Positions 60,672-61,494 of a stretch of 61,494 bases of DNA are shown piece after piece. The position numbers and the translations under genes are program-made. Source of the stretch: Micrococcales bacterium (GTDB lineage Bacteria; Actinomycetota; Actinomycetes; S36-B12; GCA-2699445); NCBI GenBank assembly GCA_032127075.1, contig JAQAZZ010000052.1, positions 1-61,494 on the forward strand, written 5' to 3'. Below the pieces are notes generated by a model. The model searched no databases, was not told the origin of the DNA, and saw only the letters and a program-made list of their open reading frames with translations. How positions within the stretch are numbered: position 1 is the first letter of the stretch; every line of letters starts with the position of its first letter.

Positions 60672-61494
60672 GCGGTGGGCACGGGATCCTGCTGATCGAC
60701 AAACCGGCCGGGATCACCAGCCATACCGTCGCCGCCCGTGTCCGGCGCAGCCTGTCGGTCCGCCGGGCGGGCCACGCCGGAACACTCGATCCCGCTGCCA
60801 CCGGGCTGATGGTGGTCGGCGTGGGGGCTGGTACCCGGCTGCTGGGGCACCTGGTCGGGCTGGACAAGACCTACACCGCCACCATGAGGCTGGGGGTGGG
60901 CACCACGACCGACGATGCCGACGGCGATGTGATCGCGGCGCCGGGTTGTCCTGCCGACTTCGACTACAGCGCCGCGGTCACGGCTCTCACCGGGACGATC
61001 CGACAGCGGCCGGCTGCGGTGTCGGCAGTCAAGGTCGGCGGCAGGCGGTCCTACGAACGGGTCCGGCGGGGAGAACACGTGGAGTTGCCGCCGCGCGAGG
61101 TGCATGTGGCGTCATTCGACGTCCTGGCCGCCCGACGAGTCACAGAGTCCGGGGTTGCGGTGGTCGATCTGGATGTCAGGGTGTCGGTGTCCAGCGGGAC
61201 ATACGTGCGCGCTCTCGCCCGCGACTTGGGGGCCAGTCTGGGCACGGCCGGCCACCTCATCTCGCTGCGCCGCACCCGGGTGGGTCCGTTCGAGATCGGC
61301 GATGCGGTCGCCTTGCCCGACGTCGGACCACACACCCCCCTGCTGCAACTCGGCGACGTGGCGGCAGCGGTGATGCCTGCCGTGGTCTGCAGCGCCGGCG
61401 ACGCGCGGGCGGTCGCCGCGGGCCAGCGGATTCAGGCGAGGGCGACCACACCCGGCACCCATGCGCTGCTTGCCGACGACGGCGGGCTGCTGGC
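60668..61494 (+). CDS. truB: tRNA pseudouridine(55) synthase TruB (3' end beyond window)
   Basis: Not in the ORF track (no stop in the window). My translation from ATG 60668 (ATGA overlap with rbfA) reads [53 protein letters not shown]...LDKTY...[12 protein letters not shown], with the catalytic Asp in HAGTLDP. Confidence 0.9.
   Translation, partial: [275 protein letters not shown]

Overview
This is a very GC-rich chromosome segment (third codon positions are almost all G/C) with the gene content and order of an Actinomycetota core housekeeping region. About 60 densely packed genes are present, mostly on the + strand. In order they are: lpd-sucB and pepA (- strand); gcvT; an IclR regulator divergent from leuCD; hup; cofC; plsC-like, gpsA and ddl; thiL; rpmB; DAK2-recG-rsmD-coaD; yceD-rpmF-rnc-mutM; smc-ftsY; a GH13 alpha-glucosidase (- strand); amt-glnK-glnD; ffh; rpsP-KH-rimM-trmD-rplS-lepB-rnhB-yraN-comM-dprA; an M23 peptidase; rpsB-tsf-pyrH-frr-cdsA-rlmN-dxr-rip1-ispG; a GNAT; a metzincin-like protein; proS; a ferritin-like pair (- strand); rimP-nusA-ylxR-infB-rbfA-truB. 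By eye I found no rRNA, tRNA, CRISPR array, transposase/integrase or obvious defence or toxin-antitoxin module. I do not see a convincing novel multi-gene system; the window looks like ordinary core genome. The observations most worth a second look are: (1) an in-frame TAG that splits a conserved M23 peptidase gene; (2) GlnR-box-like half-sites in the divergent promoter between the GH13 gene and amt-glnK-glnD; (3) a 25-bp tandem duplication followed by a strongly RBS-preceded 59-codon coiled-coil ORF just upstream of smc; (4) an unannotatable membrane-anchored protein carrying a perfect HExxHxxGxxH metzincin motif; (5) a perfect 6-3-6 palindrome between the IclR regulator and leuC. Many long ORFs in the six-frame track are GC-driven antisense or out-of-frame artefacts. 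Many true starts lie downstream of the longest-ORF start; I re-derived them from RBS position and N-terminal family features. All homology statements are pattern recognition from the translated sequence, not database searches.
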